Numbered from the stretch's first letter, positions 1 through 10,658 are shown. The stretch is 64,000 nucleotides of DNA from Candidatus Adlerbacteria bacterium (GCA_963749085.1 CAVVLG010000002.1:445863-509862); one strand, 5' to 3'. Notes: generated from the sequence alone by a model not told the origin. Made by a program: numbers and translations.

Positions 1-390
1 CAGCAGCTTCGGCTAACTGACAATTTGTAACTTCGTGTGCATCAAGTGCACTATAACCGCCTTACAACCCCCTAGATGTACTAGATCCTACACACGACAT
101 TGCTGCCATGCACAGAACCTAGTTTCTAGAGTTTGGGCTTTTTCGCGTTCGCTCGCCGCTACTAACGAAATACTTATTAGTCTCTTTTCCTCCAGGTACT
201 GAGATGTTTCACTTCCCTGGGTTTGCTTCTTTCTTGCGAAAGATAATGGAAATTTCTTTCCAATGAGTTTCCTCATTCGGACATCTCCGGATCGAAGGTT
301 GCTTGGCACCTCCCCGGAGCGTATCGCCGCCACGCCGCGTCCTTCATCGCCTTTTAAAGCCTAGGCATCCACCATACGCCCTTATTTGTT
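1..390 (-). rRNA. rrl: 23S rRNA, 5' portion (continues beyond window start)
   Basis: Reverse complement contains conserved 23S 5'-domain strings (GGTGGATGCCTAGGC, GCGATGAAGGACG, GAAACATCTCAGTACC, AGTAGCGGCGAGCGAACG); 5' end approximate. Confidence 0.93.
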
Positions 391-674
391 CCTTCTCCCG
401 TTAGTGAGAGAGAAAGGAAGCTTGAGAACCGCAATAATTTGTTGTTGTTTTCGAACTTTCATTTATTTCTTTACCTGCCCACCTACGCATCCACAAAAAG
501 ACCCACATTGGAAGTGGCTACGTGATGGAATTCGTATGTCAAAAAACACCGGCACCTGTGACAGATTTTTACCATTAAAAAATCCCGCCTCTGAGCGGGA
601 CAACGAGCAACAAAAAAGTCGCCTACTGACGCCGCTTATGAAGATGATTAGTGGTTAACATATCTGTACTGACG

Positions 675-703
675 AGTATATATGAGAGGGGTGTGGGTGT
701 CAA
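675..703 (-). promoter_or_regulatory. sigma70 promoter for 23S rRNA
   Basis: TTGACA (703-698), 17-bp spacer, TATACT (680-675) pointing at the 23S gene. Confidence 0.75.
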
Positions 704-799
704 ATAAAGCCTAGAGTGGATTAATACTCTTGCAATATAAGGCTGCTTTGCTAGCATGTGGATACGCCTAGGTTGCTAGGCCAGGAAGGAAGGTTCGTC

Positions 800-937
800 A
801 TGAACGACTTCGAAACCGATAACGGCTTCATCAGTCCGATCGAGTCGATTATCGAAGATAACGGTAGAATCTTCGGAACCGAAACCAGCGGTCTCGATGG
901 TGATACCAGTCTCATCGAAGGTGTCGACTTAGGCTAA
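800..937 (+). CDS. 45-aa acidic small protein (not in ORF track)
   Basis: AGGAAGGAAGG before ATG; MNDFETDNGFISPIESIIEDNGRIFGTETSGLDGDTSLIEGVDLG*; hairpin plus T-tract at ~958-987. Confidence 0.6.
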   Translation: MNDFETDNGFISPIESIIEDNGRIFGTETSGLDGDTSLIEGVDLG

Positions 938-1119
938 GCAGCCAAAGACCTGCACAGGACCCTGCGAAAACGTGGGGTCATTTTTTATAAATCCAGACGA
1001 TGTGGTAGAGGCAGGAGTAGGTGGTGTGCGAGGTATGGCGATATTGGCCGCCCATATGCATCTCATCATACCAAAGTCTCGGACTAAAGTCCGGAGTTTT
1101 CCTCTCTAAGAAGAATAAA

Positions 1120-1150
1120 ACAAAAACGCCCCGTACGAAGGGCGTTTTTG
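1120..1150 (-). terminator. intrinsic terminator
   Basis: AAAAACGCCCC-GTACGAA-GGGCGTTTTT hairpin downstream of the 1170-1859 gene. Confidence 0.7.
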
Positions 1151-1169
1151 AAAACACTTTTGCACATGA

Positions 1170-1859
1170 TTACATTTTGCTATGAATTTGCTCACGGGTG
1201 CGTTCGATAAAACGGGCGGCCGCCTCCTGGCCCCCTAAACCAAATGCGAGACCGAACGCGAGCGAAAGCGCAACAACGATACCGGTGAAGAGCGTCTGGA
1301 AGTACGCGCTCGCGATGCCAAGCTGCGAAAGTGCAACAACAATGGCGAAGATCCAGATGGCCCAGCGTGCGATAGTGCCGGCAAATCCTGCAGAGCGAAT
1401 ACCTGCCGCACGGGCTGAGCCAACAACGACACCGTAGGCCGCTTCAGCAACCACTGCACCCACCAATACGATGAGTACGGCGACAATAACCTGCGGTATG
1501 AACGAGAGGACTATCTGCTGGAGGAAAAATGTCACCTCGGAGAGCCCCAGTATCTGGAGCGCAAACATGAAGAACACAACTATGACAAACCACTTCACCA
1601 AAACTCCCAGGAATTTTCCCGAGTTGAGGTTATAGCCGCTGCGATTGACTATTGATTCAACACCGGCAGTTTTAAGCGCGTGATCAACGCGGATTGCCTT
1701 AACCGCCTGCTCAATGACGTTATCGAGCAGAACGCCTATGGCCCAACCGATGATAAAAATAATAACGGCGGCCAAGAAGTTCGGGAGAAACGTTCCCACC
1801 CCGTACAGCAGAGTGTAAAACGACTGCTGCAGCGCCTGAGTCCATGTCTGTAGATACAT
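1170..1859 (-). CDS. MscS TM-helix repeat (CmpX-like) membrane protein
   Basis: Repeated 'F(L/I)P(N/Q)xxxAxxI' helices; C-terminal AFGLAFGLGG motif. Confidence 0.75.
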   Translation of the reverse strand: MYLQTWTQALQQSFYTLLYGVGTFLPNFLAAVIIFIIGWAIGVLLDNVIEQAVKAIRVDHALKTAGVESIVNRSGYNLNSGKFLGVLVKWFVIVVFFMFALQILGLSEVTFFLQQIVLSFIPQVIVAVLIVLVGAVVAEAAYGVVVGSARAAGIRSAGFAGTIARWAIWIFAIVVALSQLGIASAYFQTLFTGIVVALSLAFGLAFGLGGQEAAARFIERTREQIHSKM

Positions 1860-1977
1860 AGAAAATAAATGACAAATAATACTTGTTTATAATCGACACC
1901 CTAATTGTAGCAAGCGGACAACTCCTCTTTGAGGAGTGTGTGGATAGCCCTTATGCCACCCATGAGTCAAAAAATCA

Positions 1978-2556
1978 TTATTGTAAGCCAATATTTAGCT
2001 TGTCCAGCACGATGCGGTGCGGATAGTCGAGCACATCACGCAGCAGATGGTCGTTCATATTGATGCGGTAGAAAAAATCCTCGCTTGTGAGAAGCGCGTA
2101 GCGCAGTTCTTTGCCGATTTCACTTTCGAGTCGGCGAATGCGTCCCCGTAATGCGCGTTCGTTAACCTTATCCCCCACAATAAAGAGATCGAGCCGTCCT
2201 TCCCATTCACCCAGAAAAATTCCTGATAGTATCAGGAGTTTCAATATCCCAGTCCGTCGAATGCGCTCATAGATATCCTTGCCCCGCTCCGGCGCATTAA
2301 GAAGTAAATTCTGAAGTGCTTGCAGATATACGAATTCTTCGTTAAGTCCATAGCGAGGAGTCTTTGAACGGCGGACGCGTTTGATAAGCCGTATATCCAA
2401 AAAAATGTTCAATTCACGCCTTGCTTCCTTGCCACTGATGCGGGCATGTTCCATAGCCTCGGGGAGACTAAAAGATTCCTGGGGGTTAAAAAGAAAAAGC
2501 CGAAGCAATTTCACTCGCGCCGCGCTCCCGAAGAGTTTCTGTAATCCATCGGTCAT
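1978..2556 (-). CDS. wHTH plus nucleotidyltransferase-like protein
   Basis: N-terminal LFGSxARVKLLRLF HTH; C-terminal LSGIF...DLFIVG MNT-like motif. Confidence 0.65.
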   Translation of the reverse strand: MTDGLQKLFGSAARVKLLRLFLFNPQESFSLPEAMEHARISGKEARRELNIFLDIRLIKRVRRSKTPRYGLNEEFVYLQALQNLLLNAPERGKDIYERIRRTGILKLLILSGIFLGEWEGRLDLFIVGDKVNERALRGRIRRLESEIGKELRYALLTSEDFFYRINMNDHLLRDVLDYPHRIVLDKLNIGLQ

Positions 2557-2894
2557 ACAAGGATAATTCAGCGTTACTCGGCCATTCTAGTTGAAGGTGT
2601 CCACCAGTGCAAAGGTGGATAAAAATAGCCGACATCAGATGATGCTGGCTGTAAACAGGAAGAAGGAACGGGATAGAGAAAGTAGGAGACGGAAAACTGT
2701 GGGGATATGAGCGGAATGGAAATGGAAGGAACAAGAGAGTAAGGGCGAGAGGATAAGAGGGACGAGCGTGATAAAAATCAGAGGCTCAAAAAGTGATGTG
2801 GAGTTTGTGTAACGCCAACGTTTTGGTTTTACCCACAGACCTACGCTGTCAGTCCGTCTATGTATGAGTACCTCCCTATGATGTAAAAGGTTAC

Positions 2895-2923
2895 AAAAAA
2901 GGAGCCTCCGATGGTGGAGGCTC
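2895..2923 (-). terminator. intrinsic terminator
   Basis: GAGCCTCC-GATGGT-GGAGGCTC hairpin with T-tract on the minus strand. Confidence 0.65.
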
Positions 2924-2933
2924 GAAAGAACAA

Positions 2934-3101
2934 TTATGCTGCGTTTGCAGGAAGAAGAGGCTCCTCCGTTCTCTCTGGGTGAGAAAAAACTTCTCGTTCA
3001 TCCTCACCATGAAAGTCCTTGACTGGGTTTTTGCTCGGCAGTGGCAAGTATGCTTCCGCCATCCAGAAACCAAGGCGAGATAAGATCTCCAAGCCAAGCA
3101 T
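2934..3101 (-). CDS. 55-aa small protein (different frame from track ORF 2891-3106)
   Basis: AGGGGAG SD 6 nt before ATG; MLGLEILSRLGFWMAEAYLPLPSKNPVKDFHGEDEREVFSHPERTEEPLLPANAA*; terminator immediately after stop. Confidence 0.55.
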   Translation of the reverse strand: MLGLEILSRLGFWMAEAYLPLPSKNPVKDFHGEDEREVFSHPERTEEPLLPANAA

Positions 3102-3181
3102 GGCAAACTCCCCTATGAGGCGTCCATTCTGCGATTAAGTATGTGCTTGCTTAGACTGTTAGCAAGGTGTCAGGGTGCGCG

Positions 3182-3207
3182 AAAAACCCCGCTTTTGCGG
3201 GGTTTTT
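3182..3207 (-). terminator. rplJL terminator
   Basis: AAAAACCCCGC-TTTT-GCGGGGTTTTT. Confidence 0.75.
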
Positions 3208-3230
3208 GGTTGACCTATTGCATGTGGAAT

Positions 3231-3605
3231 TTATTTCAGCTCAACCTTGCCTCCCGCGGCCTCGACAGCCACTTTAAGCTTGTCTGCATCTTCCTTCTTC
3301 AATCCTTCTTTAAGCACCGTAGGCGCCGCGTCGACAAGGTCCTTAGCCTCTTTGAGGCCAAGCCCCAAGGCATCCTTGACCGCCTTGATGACCTGTACCT
3401 TCTGCGCGCCCGCGTCAATGAGATGAGCGCTGAAGGCACTCTTCTCCTCGCCTGCTGCGGCACCAGCGGCGGCACCGGGCGTTGCGACCGCAACCGGCGC
3501 TGCGCTCACGCCCCAGCGCGACTCGAGAGTTTTGACGAGCTCGTTAAGCTCCAAGACCGACATTTTCTCTACCTGATCGATGATATCTTTGTGTGTATCC
3601 GCCAT
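3231..3605 (-). CDS. rplL: 50S ribosomal protein bL12 (L7/L12)
   Basis: [10 protein letters not shown]...[12 protein letters not shown]...[10 protein letters not shown]. Confidence 0.98.
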   Translation of the reverse strand: MADTHKDIIDQVEKMSVLELNELVKTLESRWGVSAAPVAVATPGAAAGAAAGEEKSAFSAHLIDAGAQKVQVIKAVKDALGLGLKEAKDLVDAAPTVLKEGLKKEDADKLKVAVEAAGGKVELK

Positions 3606-3620
3606 ATAGTTATTTTTTAT

Positions 3621-4109
3621 TTAGTCTGCTTTTTTTGCTTGCTCACTGAGCACAACCGCGAAGCGCTGCAACGGACTGTTGAGAATTTGCGCGAACTGCG
3701 CTCGTAGCACCTCAAGTCCTGGTATCGTCGCGATGGAAATAATCTTTCCCTTGTCGACATACGCGCCGCCAAAGACACCCCCCACAAATGAAAGCATGCC
3801 GGGAAATTTCTTAACGAAGGCTGCGAGTTCCCGCGCGGGAGCGAGTTCATCCGCTCCGTACGCTATTGCTATCTCCCCCTCAAGCACAGGCGCTTCCCCC
3901 GTGAAGCCCGCACTTCCAAGTGCCCGGCGAAGAAGGGATTTCTTTGCCACGGTGTAACCGACATGCTGTGCGCGAAGTGTTTTGCGCATTTCGTTTTGTG
4001 CAGACACGTTAAGTCCTTTGAAATTGGCAAAGACGATGGTCTTCGACTTGGCAGCGATATCGCCCACTTTTTCTACAATTTCCTCTTTTTTCTTTTGTGT
4101 GATTGCCAT
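3621..4109 (-). CDS. rplJ: 50S ribosomal protein uL10
   Basis: MAITQKKKEEIV...FKGL...VAKKSLLRRAL; directly upstream of rplL. Confidence 0.95.
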   Translation of the reverse strand: MAITQKKKEEIVEKVGDIAAKSKTIVFANFKGLNVSAQNEMRKTLRAQHVGYTVAKKSLLRRALGSAGFTGEAPVLEGEIAIAYGADELAPARELAAFVKKFPGMLSFVGGVFGGAYVDKGKIISIATIPGLEVLRAQFAQILNSPLQRFAVVLSEQAKKAD

Positions 4110-4121
4110 ATATGTTGGGTA

Positions 4122-4212
4122 CAAAAAATACCCATTTAAAGGGCTTGTGTTCGACCTCGGCAGGATGGATTGCTCCAATTAACGCTTCGTGGCTACCTGC
4201 TATCTGTGGCCC
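4122..4212 (-). ncRNA. L10 ribosomal protein leader
   Basis: Minus strand reads AGATAGCAGG...CCTGCCGAGGTC upstream of rplJ, like the L10 leader kink-turn consensus. Confidence 0.65.
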
Positions 4213-4225
4213 TTATGAGGAAAGG

Positions 4226-4363
4226 CTACTGCGGTGCGGCTACGTTGTCAATGGTTGGTGAGACTTTTGAGGCGGTAAACAGCAAGATACCGAATGCGAC
4301 GCCTATAATGACGAGAAAGGCAAAAAAGAATCTGAAAAACGTCTTGGTAAAAAACCGATCCAT
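4226..4363 (-). CDS. 45-aa single-TM small protein (not in track)
   Basis: MDRFFTKTFFRFFFAFLVIIGVAFGILLFTASKVSPTIDNVAAPQ*. Confidence 0.6.
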   Translation of the reverse strand: MDRFFTKTFFRFFFAFLVIIGVAFGILLFTASKVSPTIDNVAAPQ

Positions 4364-4464
4364 GCTATTATTTTAACATAGAGATATATTACGTCGCAGC
4401 CGAAGCGCATATACAAAAACCGCCCCTCGATCTCTCTTGGAGCGGTTTTTGCTGCGAGAGCGGC

Positions 4465-4665
4465 TTATGCGCGCGTAACGTTAGTGGCGCTGAGGCCTTT
4501 TGGCCCTTCGACTACGTCAAAAGAAAGCGTATCGCCTTCTTTTAACTCGTCAAACATGACGCCATTGAGCTCCTTGGAGTGGAAGAAGAGGTCCTTCGTC
4601 TCGCCTTCGCGAGCGATGAATCCAAATCCCCTGTCCTTGACGAGCGTTTTGATTGTTCCTGTCAT
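4465..4665 (-). CDS. csp: cold-shock domain protein
   Basis: RGFGFI (RNP1), DLFFH (RNP2), GPKGLSATNV. Confidence 0.95.
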   Translation of the reverse strand: MTGTIKTLVKDRGFGFIAREGETKDLFFHSKELNGVMFDELKEGDTLSFDVVEGPKGLSATNVTRA

Positions 4666-4758
4666 CTTTTTTTATATTTTCTGTGGGAAACCCGACCCTG
4701 TTTCTTAGTCTTCTAGACCATCTCCACTCTACCACCTAAGGTATTTTATGTCAACCAG

Positions 4759-5767
4759 TTATCCCCTCGTATTTGCCCTTTGGACATTCTGATAGACGAC
4801 TTTTGAAATCTGCGCAATGATGCTCTCAAGCGTCGGCAGGGGTGCCGAGCCCCGCGTCATGACACACAAGAAGATAGGGGTCGTTTGCGTAGACAATGCC
4901 GCAGTCGTGTAGTTCGTGCTCGGTGGTAACGCCGTTGGGCGCGATGCCGACAAGACCGAGCTTATGGGAGACGACGCGTCGAGCTTGCAACCCCCGCCAC
5001 AATTCCTTGCGTAAAACTAACCTGGCTCATCAGTTGAAGGGCTTTTTCAGAATCGTCTCTGCGAGAGATAGGTCGCGTTATACAGTACGCGGAACAGGGT
5101 TGAAATCTGGTGAGCGGTTATAAAGTCGGCATTTGCCAACGTGACGTTATCTTCCGAAGGAATACCGAGGTCGCCGTACACTCGTGCTGAGCGTATCCGG
5201 GTCAATGTTGGCGTCCAAGAGAGCCGTGGCGTTGTTGTCGGAATATTTGATCATATAGCCAAGAAGCTGCTCCACTGTATAGGTGCGTCCTGGCACAATG
5301 GCTTCCGGCGGCGGAATATCCTGCATCTGGTTTAAATCAGTGCTACCTACTGGATAGGTAAGTTCTTTGTTTAAGACACTGGGATTATTTTCGGACTCTT
5401 GATAATAGGCAATGAGTATCGGTATTTTCCCGAGGCTTGAGGGGTAAAATAGTTCATTTCCGTATACGCTTGCCCAAGCGCCGGTGGTAAGATCCGTAAA
5501 ATAAACGGAAGCTTTGCTGATGTCTCCATCGTTTGTGTGAGTATCGATGATACTCTGGATCTCTTTGCCGAGAAGCGTATTTTCGGTATATACATTTGAG
5601 TTATTGATATTGCACGCAAGAAGCGGATCAATAAACTTGTATCCGCTGAGTCGAAGTGACTGCGCAGGTACAGTATAGTCGCGTGCTCCTTTTATAAACC
5701 ATCCCGCTCCAAATCCAGCCGCACCGATGACGACTGCCACTGCCACTAGTAGTACAAGGTTTTTCAT
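4759..5767 (-). pseudogene. class A beta-lactamase-like serine hydrolase, frameshifted
   Basis: PSSLGK (SxxK) and SDN motifs in 5147-5767; HKLG and HDCGIVY...LCVMTRG continue in other frames down to the stop at 4759. Confidence 0.75.
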
Positions 5768-5772
5768 CCCTT

Positions 5773-6462
5773 TTATTGTGTACCGTTTGATTGCAGTTGC
5801 AGGAGTTCTGAACTATTTGGGTTTGCTTTTAGTCCGGCTTGTAGTATCGCGGTAGCAGCCGCAGGATTGTTATCGTCATAGCGATAGAGGTTATAGAGAT
5901 CGAGGTAGTAATCCGGGACATTCGGATTTATAGCTATTGCCGCTTGATAGCTAGTCACGGCTTTTGCGTAATTGGTGTCAAAGTTTTGATAGAGGTCACC
6001 CAGATTGCCATAGGCAATATAGTTTATGGAAGAAGGTCCTGTTTGCGCCACATAATTCCACGCCGCTATAGCTCCCGCGTAGTCGCCGCCTATCTTTCGG
6101 TCGACGCCCAACTGTAGCCACAGATCAACGCGGGTTGGCGTTTGCTTAGTTGTGAGATAAGTGTCTCCTCCTGCGTGCGTAGCGCGGCCTGCGCATCGGC
6201 AGGAAGTGAGGAGGAAATCTGTATTGGGCCACTAAGCGACGGCGGAGGCGTTGTGATAACAGCGGTTATCGTGGCACCCGCAGGAAGGGTCGCTGTGATA
6301 CCGTTACCGAGGTATACGGTGGTAGTGGAGCTAGTGCGTTAGTGCTTGTAGATATATTTGATGCCGGAGCCACTGCCGTGTGCGGTCGCAAAAAGAGTAT
6401 ACCGCCTATAAGAGGAGGGCGACAACAACGCCAACTCCCACCCACATATAGTTGTTCTGCAT
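5773..6462 (-). pseudogene. membrane-anchored TPR protein, frameshifted
   Basis: N-terminal TM (MWVGVGVVVALLLIGGILFL) near 6462, Thr/Pro linker and TPR helices (AYGNLGDLY, YQAAIAINP) in different frames. Confidence 0.65.
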
Positions 6463-6495
6463 ATATAAGTAGTGTACTGAAAAAATAAGAAACAC

Positions 6496-6524
6496 AAAAG
6501 CCCCCTCTTTCGAGGGGGCTTTTG
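6496..6524 (-). terminator. terminator of the surface-protein gene
   Basis: AAAAGCCCCCTC-TTTC-GAGGGGGCTTTT. Confidence 0.75.
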
Positions 6525-6561
6525 TTGCCTGCTGCCTGTATTGGCGGGAGGACTTTGGTGT

Positions 6562-9500
6562 CTAAGCTCGATCAAGACTCCGAGGAATCAGACCAGAGGT
6601 TAGCATTCGACTAGAAACCAGTCGACGGGAGACCAGAGACACCGTAACCGTTCGTCCAGTCGTTGCCTGTCTACAGCAGCCGAAGTGGTTGCGTTAGGAG
6701 ACCAGATGAAGTTATCGGCTGTTGAACCGAGACTGGCTGCAACTTGAGCCGCGTACCCATGAGGACCTATGCCCGTCGGATAGGCAGCGTCGCCCTGGAG
6801 CTGTCGAGGTGATGGTCCAGTTGTTCGCAGTAGCGTTCGGCGAAACATTGCCGGTGAGGATGAAGTACATGGTCGTACCTGCACCAATTTCAAGCGGAGA
6901 GTTCGTACCCTGGTTGAAGTACAAGGTCGGGTTTCCGGTGAGCGTAGCCGTGGTGTAGGCCGTGCCTCCACCGCTGGCGGTATCACCGTCAGTTACACCG
7001 AACTGACCGTTGTAGAACCAGGAACATTTGCAAGACCCGTGTCATAAGACGGGGTGTACGCATGAAGCTGAAGGTTGTTTACGCTTGCCGAAGAAGTCGC
7101 GATCGCGATAGCAAGCTGATAGAGACCGACCGAGCCGTTGGAACCAGCAGTGATGCTGAACTCCTTAAGCACCGCATTCGAACCATTCGGATTGGACGTC
7201 GCTGACAGGACCAGCTGCGAGAGTCGGAACAGTCTTGAAGGTGCGGAAGCCTGCGGACGCAGTGCTGCCGGTGCCATTGATGGTCTTGCCGGAGTTTGCA
7301 CCGATTCCTTGTGAGTTGAGGTAGTCAAGCGCTATGAAGCCTCCTTCTTGGCCAGGCTGGCTGGTGCCAATCTGAGCAATGTCGGCCTTCACAACGAGGT
7401 TCGCATCTTGGTTATTCGGCAACTGGACCGGATTGGTAAGCGTCGAGGTCGCGACGGTAGCATTACCCGTGAAGGATGCCGTACCGAGCAGCGTGCCCGG
7501 GCTTATTGCCGTGCCAGTAGTCGTGAAGATGTTACTACCTGCGTAGAGGTAGACCTGCGTCAAGTCAGACGGTGACGAAGATGCCGCGTTGGTGAGCGTG
7601 AGGCCAACCTTCTGAAGATTGACCGGCTCGTTCGTAGCGCGGAACTTGATCACGTTTGCTGTAACACCGGTCGTACCGCCTGCGACAAGGAAGTAGGACG
7701 GTGATGACGGGTCAAGCGAGGCCACGAGAGTCGCGCCGCTAGAAGCCGTCATGCTAGGACCAGTGCCGCCAGCAAGCGTCACAGTAACTGTGCTGCCGGA
7801 GGTTGCACCCGTAGCTGAGAGGCAGAGGCCGCTGAGAACTGGTAGAGAGCGCCTGCAGCCGCAGAGGACGACAGGTTGCACTCAAGATTGAGCGTCGTGA
7901 CGGTGCCTTTCGGTATTGTCAGCGAATTGTCGAGGCTGAAGGTAAGGGCAAGTTCATGCCGCTGGTTATCGAAGTGCGTTGCTGCCGTTATCGAGACGGT
8001 GCTGCGGTGCCAGCAGGACCGCTGCTGCCGTTGAACACGCGAGTACCGGTGTTAAGAGCGGTCGAACCGTTCCACAGCTGGCAAGCACTCAGGTCAGCCT
8101 CAGTACCGCTCCTGCGGTCGACGAGAGTGAGCGGAATAGATGAGAGACGGACATTCTCACCCGATTGCGATGCATCAAGCTGGATGCCAGCGAAGACGAT
8201 ATTGCTGCCGCCTGCGACAATCGTCTGCGAGGTCGGTGACGTCGAGTTGCCGACAGTGAGCGTTGCGGCCTTAACCGTCATCGTATTCATCGAGAAGGTC
8301 CGTCACGCCCGGCGAGATGTTATTGCCAGTCGTTACACCGGTAATGTTTGTCCAGTCGGAAGACGGATTGGTGGATGCGACGATGGTTGCGCCGTTGATG
8401 CCAGTTTGCGCACCAATCTGACCCTCAATGGTGTAGGTGTTGGTTCCTGTCGGGAACGTTGTCGCACCCGAGAAGGTCACAAACTGATAGCGCCAGTGCC
8501 ACAGAGAAGTGCCGAGCGTTGTGACCATTGTTCGTAGTGGCAGTTGCACTAGAAGCACAATCCGCGTTGTACGGACCAGAAATAACTTGGCCGTTCTGGT
8601 TGACAAGCGAGACGTTCGTGAGCGGACAGAGCGGTAGTGCTCGATCGTGAAGTGCACGATGAGTGACTGCACCTGGATAGCCTCACCGGTGAGATTCGTC
8701 TGGAATCCGCCGAGAGGCTGATTGGGGACGTTAATCGCAATGTTCTGCGCACCAACAGATGTTGCATTCTGGATGGTCGAGAACGTACCCGCGGTGACCG
8801 TAACCGTCGAGCCCTGGATCTACGGAGTCGAGTTCGTACCGGAGACGAAGATCGACGCGTGGCGAAGAGGTGCTGCTGTAGCTCGCAGTACCAGCGCCTG
8901 TGGTCGGCGTTATGCCGTAGCCATAGGTGTTGCCGACAAGGTAGATGTCGGTGTTTCGGTAGATGTCGAACTCTGCGTAGGTGTTGGCCGTTACGCTTGC
9001 ACTCAAGGTCACCCTGCACGTAGACGTCAACCGACTGGCCTTCCTGTATGACGATCGGGATCGGGAAGACAGTCGTGTAGTAGCGGCCGGTCGAGTCAAG
9101 TGTCGTCGGGTACGAAGTACCGTTGACAACGGTCACGACATTGGCAAGACCTGAAGCCGAGCCGGACTGATACCACGTTATCGACTTGAAGCTCAGGTTC
9201 TCCTGCGAACCTGCCTGGATGCGGATAGCCGAGAAGCGGTAGCCCGTAGTGCCGATAGGTTGGCTGGAAGCTGAGTTCGGGTCATACGATGACGTGTATA
9301 TCGTTGCCGAGCCGATGAGCGCGGTGTTGTTGAAGGTGTTGCTTGCACCGGTTATCGGGAGCGAGCCCGATACCGTGGAAGCAGTGTTGACTGCCGTCAC
9401 CGCAAACGACGCGATGTCTCCGGAATTGACGGAGCCTGCTGCAGCAACGTTTGCCGCAACCCAGAAGGTCACGGACGTGCCTGCTGGGATGGTTATCGGA

Positions 9501-10202
9501 TTGCCGATAGCTGCAGTGTGGTTGGCGTCAAGTATGTGCGAAATGCCGAGCTGGATACCGGTCGAAGCATTGATAAGTTCAACGCCTGCAATGTCGGTAT
9601 CAACCGACGGACCCTGGCGCACGACTTCGACACTGTTGATTGTTACCGGAGCGCCATTTGCCGATAACGGTGAAAGCCGTAAACGGAACGCGCGCCGCAC
9701 CTGCCGGAGCGACTGTGTTTGCCGGCTGCGTACTTGCAGTAACGACTGCAGTACCAGCGACAGTGCCAGTGGTTGTGGTCGTAGTGGTCGTGGTCGTCTG
9801 AGCGGTGCCGCTGCAAAGCGCATTAGCCTCAGCTCGAGATGCCGAGAAGAAATTGCCCGTCGGGCTCGAAAGACCGAGAGGAGTCAAGATCTGCGCAGCA
9901 TACTTTTGCTGGAAATTGTTGACCGCTGCTTCGGTGAGATTACCGAAATATTCAGTCTCATTTCCTGGAGAACCGGCGCCGGACGATGCAACCATTGTGT
10001 CCGGATCCATGTTCAAGAATTGCTGGAGTGCCAAGACAGCCGGGCCGGACGAACCGTGTCTAAGGTTCACCGAGAACGTCGTGCCAGGGCACACCGCAGC
10101 CTGCGCCGAGCCGGCCATCGCCATACTGAGCGCAATTGCCACGATCGCTGCGACGCCGAGCGTCAGTGCAGTGATACGTGTAGAACTGTGAGTAATAGTC
10201 AT
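6562..10202 (-). pseudogene. large (~1200 aa) S-layer/surface protein with signal peptide, peptidoglycan-binding domain and Thr/Ser/Gly-rich beta domains; multiply frameshifted
   Basis: NLRHGSSGPAVLALQQFLN...YFGNLTEAAVNNFQ (PG_binding_1) at the N-terminus; consecutive minus-strand fragments in shifting frames share composition; 3' end approximate. Confidence 0.75.
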
Positions 10203-10550
10203 ACTTTATAATTCGAACGTTAATAATTACTTTTAAAACTACGAATAAAAAGAACGCGAACTGAACAGAAATAACCTACCTATTTTCTTCTCCTTTCGTT
10301 TCTCCGCATCTTATAAAGAAGCAAGAAACTGATGGGGAAGAAAAACTGGGTAGCAAGAGGGGATTTTGAGTTTCAACCGGTGCAGCCGTGGTGGGACAAG
10401 GAGTTCGGTATCACACAACTCTAATGACGCCCTAAGCAGCGAGTGCTCACAGCGTCTTCGAACGTTGACTATTCAATTGTCAACGAACTGCTCTCTACCA
10501 GAGCCTAGCACCCAGTATAGATGCTTATCGGCAAGGCTGCAAAAAGGCCT

Positions 10551-10573
10551 TGTGGATAAGGCTTTGTGGATAA
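10551..10573 (-). promoter_or_regulatory. two perfect DnaA boxes
   Basis: TGTGGATAA (= TTATCCACA on the minus strand) at 10551 and 10565. Confidence 0.5.
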
Positions 10574-10658
10574 AGGCCTAAGATCGAGCATACATCTCCC
10601 CCAGTCGGGGGTCAACCGGGCTATAAAGCCTATAAGTCCATAGCAGTATACGCAAAGT

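Noticed and set aside
88-658. Track ORFs 88-333 and 386-658
   Set aside because: They overlap the 23S rRNA and its leader; shadow ORFs
4759-10202. Alternative genetic code (stop reassignment) as the cause of fragmented ORFs
   Set aside because: Breaks are frame changes rather than in-frame stops, and all three stop codons end intact genes elsewhere
9249-10211. Long + strand ORFs such as 9249-10211, 29666-30379 and 32831-33670
   Set aside because: Antisense shadows of well-supported minus-strand genes
10551-10573. Chromosomal origin oriC
   Set aside because: Only two boxes, no dnaA/dnaN nearby and no clear AT-rich unwinding element; near-boxes also occur in other intergenic regions
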